Assembly: GCA_043228905.1 (NCBI GenBank)
Contig: JBHGNT010000020.1
Coordinates: 13,826,001-13,890,000, forward strand
Length of the DNA: 64,000 nucleotides
DNA from: Azolla caroliniana
Taxonomy: Eukaryota > Plantae > Polypodiophyta
Direction of reading: 5' to 3'
Positions 56,894-64,000 of this stretch are shown in pieces; the first letter of the stretch is position 1, and each line of letters opens with the position of its first letter. The notes below the pieces were generated by a model. It searched no databases. It had not been told where the DNA came from and saw only the letters and a list, made by a program, of their open reading frames with translations. The position numbers and the translations under genes were made by a program.

Positions 56894-58809
56894 GCCCCAC
56901 CCTTAACCTAAATGACATCCATCCAGCATCGATCACGGTACACCTTACCCTATCCTTCTTTGCCCACCCAATCTCGCATTAAGCTAAGCTCTCATGGATC
57001 AACGTGCCCCCTACTTCTGTCGCATTGACTCCTTTATCTTTCGCCTTAATGTCCCAATGTAACAATGCTCCCTGTCTTGAATCTCTTTTGTACCCTGTTC
57101 ATTTGATCATGGAACTTCTCGTCGAGCTTTTTAATGTACTTGCAATTGATAGATGTTATGTATTTGATCATGGAACTGTCCATAGAGCTTTTTAATGTAT
57201 TTGCACTTGATAGGTGCGTGGCATGAAACCAGCCCCCTTCTGCCCTCCCAATAATATTTAGGATCGAAGATTTTTGTTGACTTTACAAGGTTTGAAGAAT
57301 TCTTTTCGGTATGGCAATGCCTATGTAGGAGTTAAGGCCGATGCACATCAATACCCCTCGTCAAGTCTTTGTTTCTTCAAACGATTCTATATGGATATGT
57401 AAGGCAATCTCTAGATATATGTATTCTTAGATATAGATTACTGAAACAATGGCACGGTTGGGTTGGGGCCACTTTGGCCTCTGGCCTTTGTTTGTAAAGT
57501 TTTTTCTATTCCGGAGAAGGAAAAAATGCTTCACGTTTTATTGGGCTTATGTCCCACCTATATGTACTCTTAGCCAACCAGCCATTCAACTCCTTTGTGG
57601 TATAGGCTATACGTGTCACAAAATGTTTCATACAAATTACATTGTCACATGTGCATGCTTTTATGGATGTTTGTTGACACGTATCTTCATTTAATAGATG
57701 TGAGGCCCCAACGTAGTTCCACCACATTTACATTTCCTTTGTTTATGGAGTTTACACGTGTTGCGATGTTTTTCATGCAAATTACATTTGTCCTACTACC
57801 ATGTTGTCATGGATGTTTGTCTTTTAGGTCCCTCGTCTCGAGAATGAAGAAGGCATGCTAAAAAAAACAAAAATGGATGACCTTATAGTCTTTTACATTG
57901 TCTTTACCCATTTTACACTACTGTAACCACAAGATTTTTTTACATTCTAAGTTTTCTTCTTTCTTGTGCATGCAAACTTTCATCCTCGATTTTAATATTG
58001 ATCCCAATGTTATAGTAAAATATGAGACATGAAGCATATGATAGGTACTAAGAATTTGCCTATTGTGTCATAACAAGCCATATAGATATATGAAAATACT
58101 TCGATATAAACCATAATCCATGAGAAACAAGTTATATTCCAATATTGAGACATGTTGGTGACATTATACATATGTTGATCTTAAAAACTACTTGGGGTAG
58201 TGTAGATAGGAAGGAAAGTGTAGACTATGCTTACTTCTCCTATATCCACAAACATGAAACAAGGATGTGGCAATCATACGTCACACGTTAAAGATAAAGT
58301 AAAAGCATTGTATTAACATGACACGAGAGACTTCAATCATTTCGTACATTTTTTAACAAATGAAATGATCATCAATTCATTCACTAGTGCTCGTCTCTCA
58401 ACTCCAAGACACCGACCGTGGAAAACAAGACAATTTATTTAGACTAACTTACAATTTATACATGCTTAATCACTACACTAATTAAGAATATATAGATGCT
58501 TAAATTAAAAGAATAATAGAAAAGAAACACAATTTCTCAATCAATCAACACAGAAAGGCTACATGGAGGAAAATGACTCGTTGTAGGATGCAAGGGAGAG
58601 AGAATGAGGATTGTGATGTAGCTCTAAAGTTTGGTTTGTTTACCCTCAATACGGAGCTCGGGAAATCCCAAAATGGTATCTTTCACATTACAAACCCATT
58701 GGGCGTTAATACCTAATAAGGGCTAGTTCCCTCGCAAAGTGCAATATAGGCATGTTTATCATGAATGCAAGAGGTAGTTCCTTTTGCAAATATGTGTTTT
58801 CTATGTACT

Positions 58810-60660
58810 TTTTTTATTATAAAAGATTTTCTTCAATAGTATTAAAAACAAGACGCCCGAAGGCTACAATTTGAACCTAGCTACTAAGGAGGTTACAACT
58901 TTTTTCTTATACAATGATGTAAAATACTCCTAAGACCCAATATCAAACTTTGTAAAGGATGTTTACATTTGTTGATATTCAAGAAAGAGTTTATGGAAGT
59001 CGATATTGCCATTGAGGCTCTTGAGTTGACATTGTAAATAGAGGCACCTTTTTCCATAAGTGAAGAAGCTTTTTCCTTTTCTTGTTCACAGTCTTTGGGG
59101 AACCCTACATATTGTGATACTGGCCATAGACTACTGCCAACAAGTTCTCCCATATCTCAAACAACACATTAGAGAGATGAATGTCTACTGCATCATAAAG
59201 TCAGTTACATCAATATTTCCATAATGCCCATAACATTATTGCGGTCACAATTTTCCAAATTTGGACAGATCGCACATGCTTTCGAGGTTGCTTGAAGGGA
59301 CTAACTAATATCAATCTTCTATTATGTATTGTCATTGCCTCACGAGCATCGTTTGCCTCATACAACATCAAGCTGGAATATAATATTCCCCACATCGATG
59401 ATCCCCATGAGAATAGGCAACCTACATTGATTGTTAGGAATAAAGACATGACTTTCTTCCGTACTTGTTGAGCAAAAGAACAAGACCATAGGACATGCTT
59501 GGTAATCTCCTAAGGTTCATGGAAAAGCCACATTGCCGCAAATTGGGTGCTACATTCCCTTTCAATGAATGACCAACTGGTAGTGCCATGTGCACTAATA
59601 ACCATCGAAAGAGAATAAATTTAGTTGGCCCCTTGAATGACCATATCCATTTCTAGTAGGTTCTCAAATGTAGAGTGGAGACACTCCAATTGGTCCAATG
59701 TTTCTGAGTTGTTGGTATCCATTTTGAGAGAGCAACAATGATCTTCCAAGTTTTACTGAGTACTGAAAGAAGGGGACCTTTACGATCTTTTCCCCTAAGG
59801 AGTGTGACCAAAGCCAACCCCCAGGATCCCATGTTAATCTTACAACAAGATCTTTTGCGTATAACCACAGGATAGCACACATATGAGCAATTGATGGATA
59901 AGTATCAAGGATCCATTTCTTTCCAGTTTTAGCAACCACTCTAATTGGTGCACTTCGCAAGTCTTGTAGATAACTACAATCAAAGGTATAAGATTGCAAT
60001 TTATTGTTGTCTAGAACCTCAAAATAAGAAATGCACCCATTAGGTGAAACGTCCTTAACAACCATCAATGTATCATTTGTGAAGCATCCAAACCATAGAT
60101 GTTCCTGCCTAGGTTGGAAGGTTGTAAAAAACGAAGAATATGTTGTTGATAAGGTAGCCATCATTACCTTGGCACCATGAACTGATTGTGGATGTGCAAG
60201 TTGATCTTCTTGTGACATTTGTTGAAAATGAGTCCAAGTTCTAACAGATGCAACTGGCCCATTAATTTCTGTGTACATTTTGGACTATGTTCAATATCAT
60301 ATATTGGAAACATTAAGGGTCCTAGGGATACAACAAAAAATGTTTTTATTGAAAACATGCCATTCTTTAACAAGCATTTTCAAATTAAGCATGAACGGTT
60401 TTAGCTTGACATAATGCACATTAATATTTGCTCCCAAAACATGCTTCACAAATTCACTTTGCATCATAGGGCAATGGTAATAGCAAAAGGCATTGCATTT
60501 ATACATCATAAATGAGATGCTATATGTGGACACAACAATCATCTATAGATTCACAAGATTGCCTTTTGCATGATGATGTCGTGATAAAGCTTGTGCTTTC
60601 TAACATTAAGGATTCCAGTCTCGTTGGAAATCTCATTCCTTTTTAATTCGTGCATTGATA
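58810..60660 (-). mobile_element. Degraded L1-like LINE 3' portion (post-RT and zf-RVT region)
   Basis: - strand EITKHVLWSCSFA (~59470-59510) and WKIVTAIMLWALWK; A-rich tail on the - strand near 58810; interrupted frames. Confidence 0.7.
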
Positions 60661-61947
60661 TTTTTTAGCTCAAATGCATATTAACCAATTTGCATGTAAA
60701 TACATTCTTTTCATTTTCATTCTACACGATAAGGCAATGTTAGATGCAAAGCACAAATGCTTGCTCTTTAACATTAAAGTTGTGGATTCACGTCTCATTG
60801 TTCTTGTGCTAACTACATCATCTTTACCACACCCCCAACAAAAGGCACTATATTACGTGAACACGAGGCATACTAACCATTTGCTCGTAAATACATTCTT
60901 TACGTTTTCTCTCTACAAGATAATGCAATGTTAAATGTGGCCACGAATGGTTGCTTATTTAAATCCTAGATTGTGCTCTTGTCAACATAAAAAAAATGGA
61001 TTCAAGTTTTGTTTTATGTTACACTAATACTAAAATCACTCTTGAAAAAATTAACCTTACCACACCCCAACAAAAAGGGCATTATATTACGTAAACACAA
61101 TTGGGGTAACATTACAATAATTCTTCATAATTTTAGTATTAGATCACTCCTAAGAAAATTATATTTGTCACAAACCCATTACTTTAAGGAGTATAACCAC
61201 TGGGGCTTTATTTGACCATTGTAGTGGACCAATCGTGCACCCGCATGTTATATTACGATAAAAATAAAGTTGGCATTACACACGACAAGATTTTATGGCA
61301 GATAATTATAAGTGTAACACACCACCTGATAAATTCTAACAATAAAATGGCATATTCAATGGTTGTGTCATTATTAAAACATTAGAAGTGTGCATGTCAT
61401 CATACTTTTTTGATGCTACAATGCGACTCCGATCCCTAAGTTGTGTGATCGAGTGTGAAGTAGCGTACACACTCAACAAAGGGTTAAGATTCATGATGGT
61501 TACAATATGTGGTTGAAAGTGACAAACATGCATTCTCACATTATATCGAATCCAACATTTAGGGTTGATATTTGGAATGCAATACATATTCCAATTAGGA
61601 CCATTTAACATCTCCTCAATATCACCACCTTTTGAACCATGTTTTCTTTTATGTCAACCACAGAAGTGGCCCAAAGAGAATTTTGCTCATACGGTCCCGT
61701 TGGAACTTACATTCAACATTCCGGAATGAGATTCAGTAATCTATGGTTTAGACACATTGTTAACTTTTTCATCGTGTACCATTATATATACATATATACT
61801 CCTAGGAATGTTGACATCTACCGCTATTGGCAAGACACCTTGTTTCCTTGAGACAAATTGTTTTGAATCTTCTTGGATCCCAATCCATGGTGCGTTTTAG
61901 ACCCACATTTCTATTGCATAGAGCAAAGCCAGACTTTTGGGTCACAC

Positions 61948-62390
61948 CATTAGCTTCACTAAATATATGTATGTAACATTAGCTTCACTAATTAAATGTG
62001 ACATTAGTTTTCCTAATTATTATATGCATATAACATTAGATCAACTAATTATATGTATGTAACATTAGCTTCACTAATTAAATGTGACATTAGCTTTCCT
62101 AATTATATGTTGCATATAACATTAGATTCACTAATTATATGCATGTAACATTAGCTTTCCTAATCACATGTTGCATATAACATTAGATTCACTAATTATA
62201 TGTATGTAACATTAGCTTCACTAATTAAATGTGACATTAGATTTCCTAATTATATGCATATAACATTAGCTTCACTAATTATATGTATGTAACATTAGCT
62301 TCACTAATTATATGTATGTAACATTAGCTTTCCTAATTAATGCATATAACATTAGATTCACTAATTATATGTATGTAACATTAGCTTCAC
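61948..62390. repeat. Tandem array of ~16 units (25-32 bp), each with an ATTAG-N5-CTAAT inverted core
   Basis: ACATTAG(C/A)TT(C/T)(A/C)CTAATTA recurs with short variable linkers such as TATGTATGTA, AATGTG and TATGCATATA. Confidence 0.93.
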
Positions 62391-62562
62391 TTTTGAAAAC
62401 TTCCCCAGAGTTCACCTAACCTTCAAGATTTTAGGATTCTGCAGATTTCCCTGAGATTAGGGTCTCGCAGAACTCAGATTAGGTTTTGTTTATTCTTTCT
62501 CCGGGTTTTCTTGCTGCTGTAACGGCGTGGCATATCGGTCCATCCTAGAAGAGATCGTACGT

Positions 62563-63899
62563 ATGGATGTTGTATCAGAATGCGTGTCGAGAAGCGGATG
62601 CGATGATTCTGAATCTCCACCTGGAAGCCATCTCAGGGTCTCATTCGGAAACATTGAATCCCGCAGGTATGGGAACTTCTTCTCTTTCAAATATGGAAAC
62701 CGTAGACCTTGCAGGAATGTAAGCTTCGGATCTCGCAGATATGGAAACGGCAGATCTTTGGAAAGAGAGGAACATTTTGGGGCAAACGGAAGAGATGTAC
62801 GCGCAGAATGTAGGTATGGAAATTGTCCATCTTCTAGCTATGAAAGCTGCGGATCTTTGGAAAGGGAGACACATGTACAGAGAAAGGAATCGGATTTATG
62901 TGTAGAGTTTCTAAAGAGAAGCTGCGATTTTGAAAATCTTCCTGGAAGCCATCTCAGATGTAGATACGGAAACTGTGAAGTGCAAGAAAGAAAACTAAAT
63001 GTTCAGAGAAGAAGAACTAGTGTATGTGTTGAATATTGTAGTAAGAAAGTCTGCAATTCTGAAACTCCTTGTAGCAGTGTCAGATATTTAAACAGTGAAT
63101 CGTTGCAAAAGGAGAAGAGAGAAAGAACAGGTGTTTGTAGAGAAGAATGTGGTAAGAGGTTCTGTGATTCTGGAACTCGTGGAACCGATCTGAATAGTAG
63201 GTATGGAAATGATGAATCTTGCAATAGAGAGATGAAGGTTCAGAGAAAAGGAACAGATGAATGTATTTTCTGGGATGAGAAATGTCTTCTAGGTCTAGAT
63301 TCGGGCAGAGTAGGAGAAACCCATGGTATCAAATCCTCTGCATCTGAGTATATAGATCGAAGAAAGGAAATCAGCGTAGAAAGTCCTCTTCCATGGAGGA
63401 AATCACACTTATCTCATTGTTCTACCAACCAAAAAGTGAAAGATTCAAATAACAAGAAAGATATACATCGCAACATGCTTGACAGCATCAGAAGAGATGA
63501 AAACACTGAAAACAGAGAAGAAGTTGAATTCACTTCGCCACTTTCTCCATTGCCATCAGCGAGAAAAGATTTTTCAAATGAAGGAATATCTGCAGCCAAC
63601 TTTGATAAGGTGCAGAAAGGCAATCCTTCTTCAGGGAGGACTTGTCCACGTGTGCTTATTGATGTTACCAATAAGTTCAAACTAAAGTCACCAGGTTTGC
63701 AGTCTTTCTGATGAAGATTTTGCTTTATTGAAATCTTGAACATGATTTTTATGTGGATGTCTGTGATTTATTGCTTCCTTGTAGTTGTAAAACAACCAGT
63801 GCAGGAAAATGATATACACCGCTTATGTCAAAGGCAGAAGCAAATCGAATATGGGAAGAATACGTCAGGATATGAACGTTACATCGAGCTGATACCAAT
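62563..63899 (+). CDS. SLBP: SLBP-like protein (histone mRNA stem-loop-binding domain), 3'-partial; exons 62563-63694 and 63785-~63899
   Basis: Exon 1 (1132 nt, phase 1, CAG/GT) joins in frame to exon 2 (TAG/TT), which encodes ENDIHRLCQRQKQIEYGKNTSGYERYIELIP. This matches the first half of the SLBP RNA-binding domain (RQKQIxYGKNTxxYxRY). The rest of the domain lies beyond the window. Confidence 0.85.
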
Positions 63900-64000
63900 G
63901 TATTATTCTGTTTTTCCAGTTGATGATGTGAACTTTGCAATAATGATTGGATGATCTTTTTGAGTTAACCCTTGCACTCTTTTAGTCAGAAATATATTGC

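Noticed and set aside
61948-62390. CRISPR-like appearance (palindromic repeat with linkers)
   Set aside because: Linkers are only about 6-13 bp and themselves repeated, there are no cas genes, and the context is eukaryotic.

Overview
AT-rich, intron-containing land-plant nuclear DNA. Gene content suggests a seed-free plant such as a fern, but that is inference. From left to right the window holds: the 5' LTR and an uninterrupted gag-pol frame of a young Ty1/Copia element (- strand, running off the left edge); a heavily degraded CACTA-like transposase relic; a 69/75-bp minisatellite; a 7-exon neprosin (DUF239) gene; a 91-bp near-perfect inverted repeat; LINE fragments; a multi-exon NIMA-related kinase (NEK) gene; a decayed gene with an eIF4B-like NPFGAA motif and a Gly/Ser-rich tail; a hAT-like MITE; WDR5; an 8-exon PAF-acetylhydrolase-family lipase gene spanning about 11 kb with a TE-filled intron; an L1-like fragment; and a palindromic-unit tandem array. 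At the right edge begins a gene whose second exon encodes the start of a histone stem-loop-binding protein (SLBP) RNA-binding domain, behind a long Cys-rich 'RYGN'-repeat N-terminus. The SLBP-like gene is the most notable item, because flowering-plant histone mRNAs are polyadenylated and no SLBP is recognised in Arabidopsis. Exon boundaries were read by eye from GT/AG sites and frame continuity; no database searches were run.
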